Shown here one piece after another: positions 39,936 through 50,669 of a stretch of 64,000 bases of DNA. The notes beneath the pieces are model-generated. The model was not told where the DNA came from, did no database searches, and saw nothing but the letters and a program-made list of their open reading frames with translations. Numbering within the stretch: the stretch's first letter is position 1; each line of letters begins with the position of its first letter. The position numbers were made by a program, and so were the translations under genes. The stretch is from positions 1 to 64,000 of the forward strand of contig JBPCLP010000009.1 of NCBI GenBank assembly GCA_051003195.1, in the 5' to 3' direction. Source of the DNA: Candidatus Sumerlaeaceae bacterium (lineage in GTDB: Bacteria; Sumerlaeota; Sumerlaeia; Sumerlaeales; Sumerlaeaceae).

Positions 39936-40730
39936 ATGCCACGCCTCCCGCATTTCATCTGTTTGTGCCTTCTGTCAATCGGCGGATTGCTTGTAATAAG
40001 CGCCTGTTCGGAGACAGGCGCCAGAAAAGACACGATTCGATGGGGGGCGGATGAGGCCGGCGGTGCGCCGTTCGAGTTTCGGGACCCAAAAGATCCATCA
40101 AAGCGCGTTGGCTTTGAGGTCGAAATCTCCGACGAAATCGGCCGGCGTACCGGAAAGAAAATTGAGTTTGTACAGGCGCAGTGGGACACGCTGATCCCGG
40201 CGCTGAAGCGCGGCGACTTCGATATGGCCATGTCTGGCATTGAGATCACCGATGAGCGCAAAGCCGAGGCGGATTTCACGCAGCCTTACTATGTGTACAC
40301 GCAGCAGCTTGTAGTGCGCGCCGAGCAGACCAGTGTGACAACGCTGGAAGATTTGAAAGGCCGCGCGGTGGGAACTCTGGCGGCGTGCGCCGCGGAGCGG
40401 GTTCTGCAGAATACGCCTGGAATCGAAGTAAAAAGCTACGATGACAATGTGCGCCCTTATGACGACCTTGCCATCGGGCGTATCGACGGCGTTCTACTGG
40501 ATTTGTGCATCGCCAGCTATTACGCCAAGCCGAACACAAAGCTGCGTTTTGCAGGCGAGCCGTTTGCACCGGGCCATTACGGAATTGCGGTCCGCAAAGA
40601 AGACGTGGAATTGCGCAGGCAAATCGATGACGCTTTGTCCGGGATGAAAAAAGATGGAACACTGGAAAGAATCTACAGGAAGTGGGAGCTTTGGAATGAC
40701 GCCCAGGCGCCTATCTTCAAGCCCTTTTGA
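39936..40730 (+). CDS. polar amino acid ABC transporter substrate-binding lipoprotein (SBP family 3)
   Basis: ISAC lipobox-like; APFEF, GFEVE, WDTLIPAL, ITDER and MKKDGTL motifs. Confidence 0.9.
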   Translation: MPRLPHFICLCLLSIGGLLVISACSETGARKDTIRWGADEAGGAPFEFRDPKDPSKRVGFEVEISDEIGRRTGKKIEFVQAQWDTLIPALKRGDFDMAMSGIEITDERKAEADFTQPYYVYTQQLVVRAEQTSVTTLEDLKGRAVGTLAACAAERVLQNTPGIEVKSYDDNVRPYDDLAIGRIDGVLLDLCIASYYAKPNTKLRFAGEPFAPGHYGIAVRKEDVELRRQIDDALSGMKKDGTLERIYRKWELWNDAQAPIFKPF

Positions 40731-41524
40731 TCATTAGCAGGGCGCCTTCCCAGCGGCGGCTTGTTCTTTTTGGAATGTGTTTGTTTGTGTTACTGGCGCA
40801 CGGGTTTGCGCAGCCGACGTCGTCGGCCGATGCAATTCGAACGCCATTTTTCGAGCTGCTCTGGAATTATCGTAAGCTGTTCCTGCTGGGCACCTGGGTT
40901 ACGATTCAAATCAGCGTCGCATCCATGCTGCTGGCAATGTCAGTCGGCCTATGCCTGGCGTTGCTCCGGTTGTATGGCACAAGCATTCTCTCGCGCCTGG
41001 CATTGGGTTACATCGAGTTCGTTCGTGGAACTCCACTCCTGGTGCAGCTCTTCTTTATCTACTACGGCCTGCCGGAAGTCCCGGGCCTGCACCTTAAATT
41101 GGGCGCCATGACGGCTGCCATCGTTGGAGTAGGCTTAAACTACGCGGCTTACGAAGCGGAGATCTACCGCGCGGGAATTATGGCGATACCTCGTGCACAG
41201 ACAGAAGCAGGTCTCGCGCTGGGCCTGACCAGGTGGCAGACAATTCGGCATGTGATACTGCCGCAGTCGTTTCGGTTAATTGTTCCACCGGTGACAAACG
41301 ACTTTGTGGCCCTGTTCAAGGACACATCGATCGTATCCGTCGTGGCCATTGCCGAACTGACGCAAACGTTTCGAAACGCCGGCATCGCTACACAACGCTA
41401 TCTCGAGTTTGCCATCGTTACGGCCCTCATCTATTTTGCGATCTCCTACCCGATCTCGAAACTTGCACGCCAACTGGAAAGACGAATTCACCCGCACCAT
41501 GATTTCGATACGCAGCCTTTCTAA
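40727..41524 (+). CDS. polar amino acid ABC transporter permease
   Basis: RGTPLLVQL, AYEAEIYRAGI...QTEAG and FKDTSI motifs. Confidence 0.92.
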   Translation: MIISRAPSQRRLVLFGMCLFVLLAHGFAQPTSSADAIRTPFFELLWNYRKLFLLGTWVTIQISVASMLLAMSVGLCLALLRLYGTSILSRLALGYIEFVRGTPLLVQLFFIYYGLPEVPGLHLKLGAMTAAIVGVGLNYAAYEAEIYRAGIMAIPRAQTEAGLALGLTRWQTIRHVILPQSFRLIVPPVTNDFVALFKDTSIVSVVAIAELTQTFRNAGIATQRYLEFAIVTALIYFAISYPISKLARQLERRIHPHHDFDTQPF

Positions 41525-42170
41525 ACGTTTCGGGAAGCAGAGCGTCCTGAATGACGTGTCCCTCGAAATATCAAAAGGAGAAACTGTGGCGCTGCTCGGG
41601 CCTTCGGGCAGCGGGAAGACGACGTTGCTGCGGTGCCTTGTTGGACTGGAGCGATTTGACGCCGGAGAAGTGGAGGTGGCCGGAATTGTTGTCTGTGCTC
41701 AGGATGGCGAAAACGATTACCAGGATCGGCTGCGGAGCATACGGCAGCGGTGTGGGCTGGTGTTCCAGCAATATCATCTGTTCCCGCACATGAACGTATT
41801 ACAGAACCTGGCGCTGGCGCCTGTGCACGCGCGCGGTATGCGGCGGGAAGAAGCTGAACGCATGGGGATGGAGCTGCTGGAGCAAGTGGGCCTCGGGGTG
41901 AAGGCGACACAGCGGCCGGGTAAATTATCCGGTGGGGAACAGCAGCGGGTGGCAATTGCGCGGGCGCTTGCCATGCGGCCAGATTGCCTGCTCTATGATG
42001 AGCCGACAAGTGCGCTGGACGCGGAGCGCGCACAGGAGATATGGAGTATTATGCGTGTACTGTCCGGGCAAGGCTACACGCAACTGATTGTGACGCATCA
42101 GGAAAAACTTGCCGAGACTTTGCAGTGCCGGATTCTACGGATGTCGCAGGGGCGAGTCATCACAGGATAA
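41499..42170 (+). CDS. polar amino acid ABC transporter ATP-binding protein
   Basis: GPSGSGKT, LSGGEQQRVAIARAL and DEPTSALD motifs. Confidence 0.93.
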   Translation: MISIRSLSKRFGKQSVLNDVSLEISKGETVALLGPSGSGKTTLLRCLVGLERFDAGEVEVAGIVVCAQDGENDYQDRLRSIRQRCGLVFQQYHLFPHMNVLQNLALAPVHARGMRREEAERMGMELLEQVGLGVKATQRPGKLSGGEQQRVAIARALAMRPDCLLYDEPTSALDAERAQEIWSIMRVLSGQGYTQLIVTHQEKLAETLQCRILRMSQGRVITG

Positions 42171-42208
42171 TGCATTCGCCGGAATGTTACCGGCCCTCGT
42201 TGCCGGCT

Positions 42209-42808
42209 CTATTGCAGCGGAATCTTTTCCAGATCGAGGTCGGTATTGATATCGAGCAGCCGGGACGCAAACGACAACGGTTTCTCGCCCGGAAGATGGA
42301 CCTCGACCCGATAGCGGCCACGCTGCGGTGCCTCTATGGCGAACTTGTTCTGGTGCAGCGGAACGCGACGAACGGTGACGTCGTGCCCGATGAAGATGAC
42401 CACGACCTCAGGCGGAATCGTTACGCCGGCAGGAATGCTGAGTGTACCTGAAACTTTCGGGCCAAGTGTAATGCGTGATCCGGCTTTTGAAGTTGCCGGC
42501 AGCTCGTACCGGGTCTGGTTACCGGTGACATGCACCTCGTGTGAGTAAAAGGCTCCTTCGCCCGTCCGCGCGCTGAACATATAGTTTCCGGGCGCGAGGG
42601 TGGCCGTTGTAAGCCACGTATTGGTATCAAAAAACCGAAGTTTCAATGGCTGGCGCCTCTCGCCCTCGGAGGGAGGGTAGGCCAGCTGTGCCTTATCGTA
42701 CTCTTTTTCACCGGGCACATGAAAGACAATGGAACCCTTTGGTGTGAAGTCGCACGCGGTACAGACAAGCGCGAAGACCCCACCCGCAAAGGCCAGGCGG
42801 GCCTTCAT
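42209..42808 (-). CDS. hypothetical lipoprotein (carboxypeptidase-regulatory-like beta sandwiches)
   Basis: Signal peptide with CTAC lipobox-like site; LAPGNY and GRYRV motifs. Confidence 0.6.
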   Translation of the reverse strand: MKARLAFAGGVFALVCTACDFTPKGSIVFHVPGEKEYDKAQLAYPPSEGERRQPLKLRFFDTNTWLTTATLAPGNYMFSARTGEGAFYSHEVHVTGNQTRYELPATSKAGSRITLGPKVSGTLSIPAGVTIPPEVVVIFIGHDVTVRRVPLHQNKFAIEAPQRGRYRVEVHLPGEKPLSFASRLLDINTDLDLEKIPLQ

Positions 42809-43215
42809 TGGCTATCCTGTGAAGGTTTGCTCGGGGCACGCTGTGCGAGGAGCCTGTCCACCAATTCCAATACCTGCATAGGGCTAAAGGGCTTGGAGAC
42901 GAAAGCGTCTGTTCCTGCGGCTTTATTCCAGAAGCCGTCCGCAAGTTCTTTGTCCTTTGTCGCTGCTGTGATCAGCACAACCGGCGTATCTGGCGCAAAG
43001 GACTGCAGTTTAATCCGTTTGCAGAGCTCATCGCCTTTCATGCGGGGCATCACGACATCGCTGAGTACTATGTCGGGCTTTTCGGAGTTGAAGAGTTCCC
43101 AGGCCTCTTCCCCGTTACGCGCCACGATTACATCGTATTTGGTCTGCAAAACAGCGCGCAGCATCTGGCGAATTTCGAGTACGTCGTCGGCGACCAGCAC
43201 TTTTGAACGCGACAT
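42805..43215 (-). CDS. single-domain response regulator (CheY-like)
   Basis: VLVADD, PDIVLSDVVMP and FVSKPF motifs. Confidence 0.9.
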   Translation of the reverse strand: MSRSKVLVADDVLEIRQMLRAVLQTKYDVIVARNGEEAWELFNSEKPDIVLSDVVMPRMKGDELCKRIKLQSFAPDTPVVLITAATKDKELADGFWNKAAGTDAFVSKPFSPMQVLELVDRLLAQRAPSKPSQDSQ

Positions 43216-43219
43216 TAAG

Positions 43220-45571
43220 TCAGTCCTCAAGTACTTCGAGATTTGCGTATCTTGCCAGCAAGTGATGCACTCCGCCATCGTCAAGGTGCAGAATGAGCTG
43301 CAGGTTCGAGCCGCTGCCGCTTACGCCCGCGACAATTCCTTCGCCCAAAAGCGGATGCCGCACGCGCTTACCGAGGTCGATGCCGCGGCGTCGATGGGGC
43401 AGGTCATCGGATGGAGTTGATTCCGTGTGCAGGGCCACTGGTTGCTTTCGTGCTTCTACCAGCGGATGTTGTGCATACGGCGCCGAAGGTTTCGCACGTC
43501 CTTCGCGAGGGAAAGCGCCGGGCTGTACGGACTGCGGGCGCGCAGACGGGCGCGGCTGCTGGTGTAACAGTGTATAATGCCGTTCTTCATCCGGGGCAGA
43601 TGGAACAGCTTCTTCTGCGTCAGCATAGTACGAGGGGTTGAATGGATCAAGGTCCTGCAGCAGCTCGTGGGGCAATTCACGCAGGAAGCCGGATGGCGGA
43701 TTGTACTTCACGTCTCCATACCATACGCGCGATTCGCTGCGTGACAGCGTCAGGATTTCCCGCGCGCGAGTGATACCTACATAGCAGAGCCGGCGCTCCT
43801 CTTCGTAGTCGCCACGATCCATGACTGCACGCAGGCTGGGGAAGATCGAGTCCTCCATGCCTACCATAAATACTGCCTTATACTCGAGCCCCTTTGCGGC
43901 GTGCAGGGTCATCAGGCTGACTGCGGGCTCGTCTGCCTTGAGTTCGTCGGTGGCATTGACGAGGCTAACATTCTCCAGGTAATCCTGCAGTGCCGCGGTC
44001 GGATGCTCCTTCTCGAACAGCACAATTGCGGAGAGTAGCTCCTCGAGGTTTTCCGTGCGTGCGATCACCTCGAGCGCCTTCGGATCTCCAAGGCTCTCGA
44101 TATAGCGGGTTTCTTCAAGTACCCGGCGATAAACCTCGGACGGGCTGTTCTCGCGTGCGAATGCAGACCACGTCAGAATCTGCGAAAGGAAATTACCAAG
44201 CTTGCCCGCCGCCGCACGCGGAAGCTCGTCCGTTGCAAGGATTCGCCGTGCCGCCTCAAAGATGGCAATGTTGTGCAGACTGGAAAAATCGATGACGGTC
44301 TGGATGCTTTTTTTGCCGAGACCGCGCTTTGGGCTGTTAATGATACGCAGCAGTGCAATCGAATTGGTGGGGTTCGCCACGACCTGCAGATAGGAGATCA
44401 TGTCCTTAATCTCGGCGCGATCGTAAAAGCGCACGCCGCCGACAATGCGATACGGGACTTTGAATTCGCGCATGCGATCTTCAAAGATTCGTCCAAGCGC
44501 GCCAATGCGGTAGAACAGGGCGATATCGCCATATCCGTAGCCACGCTTAATCAGCTCTTCAATCGCGTAGGCAACGCCGAGTGACTCTTCATTCTCCGAG
44601 CGCGCCTGCATGACGAAGAGAGGTGCGCCACGTTCGCCCTCGGTAAAGAGCGTCTTGCCGAGACGCTCGTTGTTGTTCGCGATAACAGCAGCTGCGCCCG
44701 CCAGAATGTTCGCAGTTGAGCGATAGTTCTGCTCCAGGCGCACGATGCGCGAGTCGGGGAAATGCTTCTGGAAATCCAGCAGGTTGTTAATGTCGGCGCC
44801 GCGCCAGGAATAGATCGACTGGTCCTCGTCGCCGACCACAGCCAGGTTGCGGTGTTTCGCGGCAAGCAGGCTTACCAGCTCGACCTGCACCGCATTGGTG
44901 TCCTGGTATTCATCCACCATGACATGCCGGAAACGGTTCTGGTAGTAATCCAGAATGCTGGGTACGTTTTGGAAGAGGCGCACGGTCAGGAGAATTAAAT
45001 CTTCGAAATCGACAGCGGAGCTTTCGCGCAGGTACGACGTGTACGCGCGGTAGATGTCCTCGTATTCCTCGACGAAGTTCGTTGCGATCTGATAGACGTG
45101 TTCCGGACCCAGCATCCGCATTTTGCACTGGTTAATCACGTACTGGGCGTCGGCGGGTTTGATCTCCTTGTCATTCACATCAAGTTTCTTCATCACGTGT
45201 TTCAGCGCAGAAACCTGGTCGCGGTCGTCGCAAATCGTGAAGTTTGGCTCAAGTCCCGCGGCAACGGATTGCGTGCGCAGAATGCGTGCGCACATCGAGT
45301 GAAAAGTCGAAATGTGAAATTCGGGCGAGCATAGGTTATGTGTGAGCTCGGCCACACGGCGCTTCATTTCGTCGGCGGCCTTATTGGTAAAGGTAGCAGC
45401 GTAAATCTGGAACGGGCGCACGCCGCGATCGCGCACCAGCATGGCGAGGCGTCGCGTGATGACACGTGTTTTTCCCGTGCCCGCGCCGGCTACGATGAGC
45501 AATGGGCCATCGGGCGCCGTGACGGCGGCAAGCTGCTGCGGATTCAAGTCATCGAGGATCGAGTCGGGCAT
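43220..45571 (-). CDS. pcrA: ATP-dependent DNA helicase UvrD/PcrA
   Basis: AGAGTGKT, VDEYQD, VGDEDQSIY, QNYRS, TLHAAKGLE and EERRLCYVGITRA motifs. Confidence 0.93.
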   Translation of the reverse strand: MPDSILDDLNPQQLAAVTAPDGPLLIVAGAGTGKTRVITRRLAMLVRDRGVRPFQIYAATFTNKAADEMKRRVAELTHNLCSPEFHISTFHSMCARILRTQSVAAGLEPNFTICDDRDQVSALKHVMKKLDVNDKEIKPADAQYVINQCKMRMLGPEHVYQIATNFVEEYEDIYRAYTSYLRESSAVDFEDLILLTVRLFQNVPSILDYYQNRFRHVMVDEYQDTNAVQVELVSLLAAKHRNLAVVGDEDQSIYSWRGADINNLLDFQKHFPDSRIVRLEQNYRSTANILAGAAAVIANNNERLGKTLFTEGERGAPLFVMQARSENEESLGVAYAIEELIKRGYGYGDIALFYRIGALGRIFEDRMREFKVPYRIVGGVRFYDRAEIKDMISYLQVVANPTNSIALLRIINSPKRGLGKKSIQTVIDFSSLHNIAIFEAARRILATDELPRAAAGKLGNFLSQILTWSAFARENSPSEVYRRVLEETRYIESLGDPKALEVIARTENLEELLSAIVLFEKEHPTAALQDYLENVSLVNATDELKADEPAVSLMTLHAAKGLEYKAVFMVGMEDSIFPSLRAVMDRGDYEEERRLCYVGITRAREILTLSRSESRVWYGDVKYNPPSGFLRELPHELLQDLDPFNPSYYADAEEAVPSAPDEERHYTLLHQQPRPSARPQSVQPGAFPREGRAKPSAPYAQHPLVEARKQPVALHTESTPSDDLPHRRRGIDLGKRVRHPLLGEGIVAGVSGSGSNLQLILHLDDGGVHHLLARYANLEVLED

Positions 45572-45661
45572 ACGGAATTACGACTACCGGCAGTGGAGCA
45601 GACTGTGCACCATATTTTATTGAGGACGGGCATCAAAGCCCATATCATCCAGAAAACGGTG

Positions 45662-47812
45662 CTAGTCGAGACTCAGTTCTGACAGTTTGACTGGAATGGA
45701 GACGGACGTATAATAGATAATGAGCTGGGGACGCGCAGAGGCGGTGGCATTCTCTTTGGTGGTCATGTTGGCGTGGCGGCCGTCGTCGGCTGTATCGCTG
45801 GCGAACATCGTTTCGCGGGCAAGGATGAACGTGGCTACCTTGTCTCCGGCAGTCTGGCTCGTAATAAAGTCCGTAACGTCGAGGCGCTGCGCCTGGTCGG
45901 TTCCATCGAATGCGAAGTCGCCTATTGGCCACGAACTGGTACCCTGGTTTGTGACGGTTGTGGTGGTCGGATCGTGATCGGGAGCACTATTCCACGTAAG
46001 GCTGGACTCCTGCCAGGTATCATTGAGCGAGCCATAAAGATGGAGGTTCAGAGGAGTGGAGTCGACGGGATTGCGTCCCTGGATCTGAAGGAGCGCACGA
46101 CGAATGATTGCGTCCGCTGGCAGCGTAGCCATATCGAACTTCAGGTAAGCTTTACGATGCAGGTTGCTGTTGATAGTGCTCGTTTTTACGAGCATACTGG
46201 TGTTGCTGCCGAAATTGGTGGAAGCTGAGGTGCCGCCCTGGATGTTTGTATCGTCCGACGGAGTGAAAGTAGCTGAAATGGGGGCGGTCCCTTTTAGCGC
46301 AGTAAGAAGCCATACACTGAGCGGGGGCTGCGTAGCTGTGACAACCCTGCTGACTGGAACACTGAGAAGCGACACGACTCCGCCGTGCTGCAATGCGCTG
46401 ACCTCTTCAATCGTTACGGTAGTACCTTCGGCAATATCCAGCGCCGACAAATTGTAAGTGGCGGCGACACTGTCCACACTGGACGCATTATTACTGTAGA
46501 TCCGGTACACGGAACTACTTGTGTCCACTGCTGCGTGAGCAATATAGCCGCTCGATGTGCCGGTCTGGCTGATCTGCAGTCGGTCCCGCTGGCCGGCAAA
46601 AGTCTGGGCGAACAGCTTCATCACGTCGACAGCTTTTTTGGCGCCGGTAACGTTGCGGTCTCCGATATCCCAAACGTAATGGTAGCCAGTCCGGTACTTG
46701 CCGAAGGTAGATGAGTAAGTTTCGCTGAACTTAAAGGAGGTCATGCCCCAAACACCGTTCGCCATGGAGTAGCACAGAATGTTCGCGATGTCGCAGAACT
46801 GCGTGGGGCTTTCCAGCGAAACGCTAACTGGTTGGGTCTCCCATGTGGAGGTGTTGTAGCGATTGTACTCGGTGTATAGAACGGGCAGCATTAGACCTGC
46901 GGCATGGTACTGCGGGATTTTGGATTGCAGCGTGGTCAGCTGACTCACAAAGGTGGTATAGGTGGCATTGTACTGATGGGTGCAGTAGACCTGGAAATTA
47001 TCATACGCGATGGGGTTGCCGTTGTAATCGGTGCGAATATTGGCGAGCTTTGTCTGGCCATAGGTGTCAATGTTGCTGAAATTCTTGAGCGTCGGACAGA
47101 TGACTGTTGGTGTCAGCGATTTGTTGTAGTTCGTATTTACGTCCAGGACGGCGCAGCGAAGAGCGTCATCGGCAAACTTGGTCCATTCGGCGTACTCAGC
47201 TTCGCTTACAGGGCTACCTGTCTGGTCCGGCTCGTTGCACGTTTCGAACATGTGAACGTCGAAGTTTTTGGCCATGTAGTAGCCCATGGCGTAGTGCTTC
47301 TGCCAATGCTCCCAACGATCGGCCCAGGTGCCAGGAAGCGCATAAGCCCTGGAATCCATCTCAACAATTGTCGCCACACCGAGCGACTTGCACCCGGACA
47401 GCATAGCGTTGGCGGTGCATTCATTGACGCCGGTCTGCACATAATTCTGAAAACGATCTTCAAACGCTGTAAAATTGATGAACAGTGGATTCTCGGGATC
47501 GGCGCGTAGCGCAATTCGTCGCGCATCAAACGTAGTCTGGTCGATCACGCCGTCCCCATACGGCGCGATATCGTCCGTTGGTTCGTAACTTTCCGGGTTG
47601 GTCCATACTCGAAGGCAATTAATTCCCGCGCGCTTTAGCCATGCAGTCGTGTTGCCTGCCGGCATGTAATAGCCCTGGTTATAGCCGATATACTTTGGTC
47701 CCTGCCCGATTACGGTGGAATTGGTCTGCAAGGTAACCGGGTTTGTTGTGGCCACAGAAGATAGCGGAAAAACCCAAATAGCTGCGACCAGGAGTATGGC
47801 TGCGGTTTTCAT
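45662..47812 (-). CDS. secreted clan GH-A-like glycoside hydrolase with C-terminal DNRLRE/CBM96-like domain
   Basis: NEPD and YTEYN candidate catalytic Glu motifs; DDTNIQGG...AYLKFD...WQESSLTWN; terminal IPVKLSELSLD. Confidence 0.7.
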   Translation of the reverse strand: MKTAAILLVAAIWVFPLSSVATTNPVTLQTNSTVIGQGPKYIGYNQGYYMPAGNTTAWLKRAGINCLRVWTNPESYEPTDDIAPYGDGVIDQTTFDARRIALRADPENPLFINFTAFEDRFQNYVQTGVNECTANAMLSGCKSLGVATIVEMDSRAYALPGTWADRWEHWQKHYAMGYYMAKNFDVHMFETCNEPDQTGSPVSEAEYAEWTKFADDALRCAVLDVNTNYNKSLTPTVICPTLKNFSNIDTYGQTKLANIRTDYNGNPIAYDNFQVYCTHQYNATYTTFVSQLTTLQSKIPQYHAAGLMLPVLYTEYNRYNTSTWETQPVSVSLESPTQFCDIANILCYSMANGVWGMTSFKFSETYSSTFGKYRTGYHYVWDIGDRNVTGAKKAVDVMKLFAQTFAGQRDRLQISQTGTSSGYIAHAAVDTSSSVYRIYSNNASSVDSVAATYNLSALDIAEGTTVTIEEVSALQHGGVVSLLSVPVSRVVTATQPPLSVWLLTALKGTAPISATFTPSDDTNIQGGTSASTNFGSNTSMLVKTSTINSNLHRKAYLKFDMATLPADAIIRRALLQIQGRNPVDSTPLNLHLYGSLNDTWQESSLTWNSAPDHDPTTTTVTNQGTSSWPIGDFAFDGTDQAQRLDVTDFITSQTAGDKVATFILARETMFASDTADDGRHANMTTKENATASARPQLIIYYTSVSIPVKLSELSLD

Positions 47813-47864
47813 TCTGTATCAGGCTACCGCGTCTGGGGAGCAGCAATCAAAGAATTCGCACGTG

Positions 47865-49235
47865 TTAGATTGCCTCGCTGAATGGCAGGACGTGGAGCGT
47901 AAGATTTATAACGGCATAAGGTAACGCGAAGCCGAGCTGACAGCGCGGTGTACAATGCTGCAACTTGTGAAGCAGCAGCAGATGGGCGGGAATTGCAAAG
48001 CCGGCAAGCAGGTCGAAATCCTTAATGTAACCAATGTCGGGGTTCCATGTGAGCGCGAGTGCCAGCATGCCAAGAAAGCCAGCCGTTAGAAAACATGTCG
48101 CCGGATCTTTTGCTCGAGTGCCTGTCGTCGCTGCATATAGAACAACTGGGAGGACGGGGCACGCGTAGACGATGAGGTTTGCGATATTCAGCCAATAGGT
48201 TCGGCTCCAGATTGTGTGCTGTGACCCAGTCGGGTGGCCGGTAAAATCGACAAACATTCCGAGATCGCCACCGCCGAGGGCGTTACCGAACCACGGCCCG
48301 GGCAGTTTTAGAATGTACGCGGCGGCCATGGTCAGTACCAGCGGCATAAATGGCGCGATACAAAGTGCGAACAATTGGAGTGCCGCGAAAACTTCCACTT
48401 GTTTAATATTATGCGTGCGCATGAACCATAGGGCAGCGAGAACGAGGTGGGCCGCCGTGAGAAAACAGATGGCGCCATGGGACCAGATGGCGAGTGCGAG
48501 AACCAGAGTTTCCGGCCAGGGGCTACGCCGAAGCCGCAGATGGATGTAGCGTAACCCAAGCAACAGATACGTTGCCGAGAGCGCGTAGGCGAGCGGCGTA
48601 TTTTCGCGATAGCCGCAGAAAAGCGCGATTAACGGGGAGAACAAGAGAATCAGAATCACAACTGTGCGAGGCGCATATGGCAGAGCACGGCGGCCAAACA
48701 CCCAGATGGCAGCGATGAACAGGCAGCCGGACAAGACGGAGCTGACGCGCATCGCGAGATCGTTGGATGCGACGCCGATGACTTCCAGCATCTTGAAACA
48801 GGCGTAGTGGCTCCAGCGGCCGAGCGGCTCACTTGGTATCAGGTCGGGTTTATTTGCGATCTTGATCCAGCCTGTATAGTCGCCTTCGTAGCCACTGCTG
48901 AAATGCAGTCCAAGAGCCGCGCTCCCAAAGAGGACGCATGTGGCCAGGCCGCCGTACAATAATCGCTTTAATGGAGGGGACTGGAGCAGAGCGGGAGACG
49001 CTGAATCAGCCCGATGATCGCGGGCTGAAGTTTTCAGGAGTGTCGCGACGAACAGTACTGATCCGAGCAACTCAGCAAGGAGAAGCCATGTCAGCCACTG
49101 CGGGGGCTTTCGTATCAGCACCCACACATAGGAACGTAGTCCGGGTGAAAAAACGGCAAAGTATTGCGCAACCGGCAGCCCAATACCGAACAGGAGCAGA
49201 ATATAGAGGAGACGGCGACAGGCGCGACTGGTCAC
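47865..49235 (-). CDS. multi-pass membrane protein, possible GT-C glycosyltransferase
   Basis: About 10 hydrophobic helices; GYRENT and KDFDL motifs. Confidence 0.6.
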   Translation of the reverse strand: MTSRACRRLLYILLLFGIGLPVAQYFAVFSPGLRSYVWVLIRKPPQWLTWLLLAELLGSVLFVATLLKTSARDHRADSASPALLQSPPLKRLLYGGLATCVLFGSAALGLHFSSGYEGDYTGWIKIANKPDLIPSEPLGRWSHYACFKMLEVIGVASNDLAMRVSSVLSGCLFIAAIWVFGRRALPYAPRTVVILILLFSPLIALFCGYRENTPLAYALSATYLLLGLRYIHLRLRRSPWPETLVLALAIWSHGAICFLTAAHLVLAALWFMRTHNIKQVEVFAALQLFALCIAPFMPLVLTMAAAYILKLPGPWFGNALGGGDLGMFVDFTGHPTGSQHTIWSRTYWLNIANLIVYACPVLPVVLYAATTGTRAKDPATCFLTAGFLGMLALALTWNPDIGYIKDFDLLAGFAIPAHLLLLHKLQHCTPRCQLGFALPYAVINLTLHVLPFSEAI

Positions 49236-49241
49236 ACTGCT

Positions 49242-50645
49242 TTACAGCTCGTACACTTCTCCGCGCGCGGGGGTGAGCACCTCTACGCCGGGCAAATCCT
49301 GCATCAAAAACTCTCGCAGGGTGAGCATCGCCTTCTCTTCTCCGTGAACCAGGAATATTTTGCGCAATGTACCCGCGGAAGCCGCCTGGCGCGCGAACAT
49401 ACGCAATTCGTCGCGGTCGCCGTGCGCGCTGAAGGCGTTAAATGTCACGACTTCTGCGTTCAGCTTGTGTACTTCGCCGAAGATTTTAACTTCCGGCTGC
49501 TTCTCGACGATTCGGCGGCCAAGCGTGTTCTCGGCCTGGAATCCAACGATGAACACCGCGTTGCGCGGGTCGCCGATGTTATTGCGCAGGTGATGCAGTA
49601 TGCGGCCGGACTCTGCCATTCCCGATGCACTGATGATCACACATGGAGCATTGAGCAGATTAATGCGCTTAGACTCGTCCACATTCTGTGTGTACAGAAG
49701 TCCTTCGAACCCGAATGGATCCGCATCCGCCTTCATGTCGCGCAGCACGTATTCATCGAAACATTCGGGGTGCGCCCGGAAGACCCCTGTTGCATTGGTG
49801 GATAGTGGACTGTCGACGTACACGGGCACGCGCGGCATCTTGCCGGCGTTCCACAAGCGGTTCATGGCGTAAACGATCTCCTGAGTGCGCCCAACACTAA
49901 ACGCGGGAATGATGATCTTACCGCCGCGTGCAATCACCCGGGTGGCTGCCTCCGCCAGCTGGGCTTCCGCAATCACATATTCCTGGTGAAGCCGATCGCC
50001 ATAGGTGCTTTCGAGAATCAAGTACTCAGCCGGCGAGGCAGTTTCCGGGTCTTTGAGTATGGGCATATTCCGCCGGCCGATGTCCGCGGAAAATGTCAGC
50101 TTCACATTTCGCCCGGCCTCTTGTAATTCGGTTTCGACAAAGGCTGAGCCGAGCACGTGGCCGGCATCTTTGTAGCGTATGGTGATCGTGTTGGGAAGGA
50201 CTTCGACTTCGCTGCCGTAGGCGTGCGGCTTCAGAAGCGGGATTGTGCGCTCGGCGTCATCGGCCGTGTAGAGCGGCTCAATGGGCAGCTCGCCTTGGCG
50301 CGAGAGCTTCTTATTCAGGAACCGCGCGTCCTGCTCCTGGATGTGAGCGCTGTCGCGCATGAGGATGGCGGCTAAATCCGCAGTCGCGCTGGTGCAGTGG
50401 ACCGGGTGCGCGTAACCGTTGCGCACCAGGTTTGGGATGTTGCCGCAGTGATCAATGTGCGTGTGCGACAATACCAGGGCATCGAGCAGCGGCGGAGCGA
50501 TGGCGAACTCGCGATTGAGAACATTCCCGAGTTTGCGATTGCCCTGAAACAGCCCGCAATCGAGCATGATGTTTTTGTCGCCCACGGTGAGCAGGTGAGA
50601 AGAGCCTGTGACGGTGCGTGCCGCCCCCCAGAATTTCAGTTTCAT
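49242..50645 (-). CDS. MBL-fold metallo-hydrolase, beta-CASP ribonuclease family
   Basis: GAARTVTGS, SHTHIDH, AGHVLGS, ESTYG, SASGM and FSAHGD motifs. Confidence 0.92.
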   Translation of the reverse strand: MKLKFWGAARTVTGSSHLLTVGDKNIMLDCGLFQGNRKLGNVLNREFAIAPPLLDALVLSHTHIDHCGNIPNLVRNGYAHPVHCTSATADLAAILMRDSAHIQEQDARFLNKKLSRQGELPIEPLYTADDAERTIPLLKPHAYGSEVEVLPNTITIRYKDAGHVLGSAFVETELQEAGRNVKLTFSADIGRRNMPILKDPETASPAEYLILESTYGDRLHQEYVIAEAQLAEAATRVIARGGKIIIPAFSVGRTQEIVYAMNRLWNAGKMPRVPVYVDSPLSTNATGVFRAHPECFDEYVLRDMKADADPFGFEGLLYTQNVDESKRINLLNAPCVIISASGMAESGRILHHLRNNIGDPRNAVFIVGFQAENTLGRRIVEKQPEVKIFGEVHKLNAEVVTFNAFSAHGDRDELRMFARQAASAGTLRKIFLVHGEEKAMLTLREFLMQDLPGVEVLTPARGEVYEL

Positions 50646-50669
50646 GTTCCAGCTTTCAGCTTTGATAAT

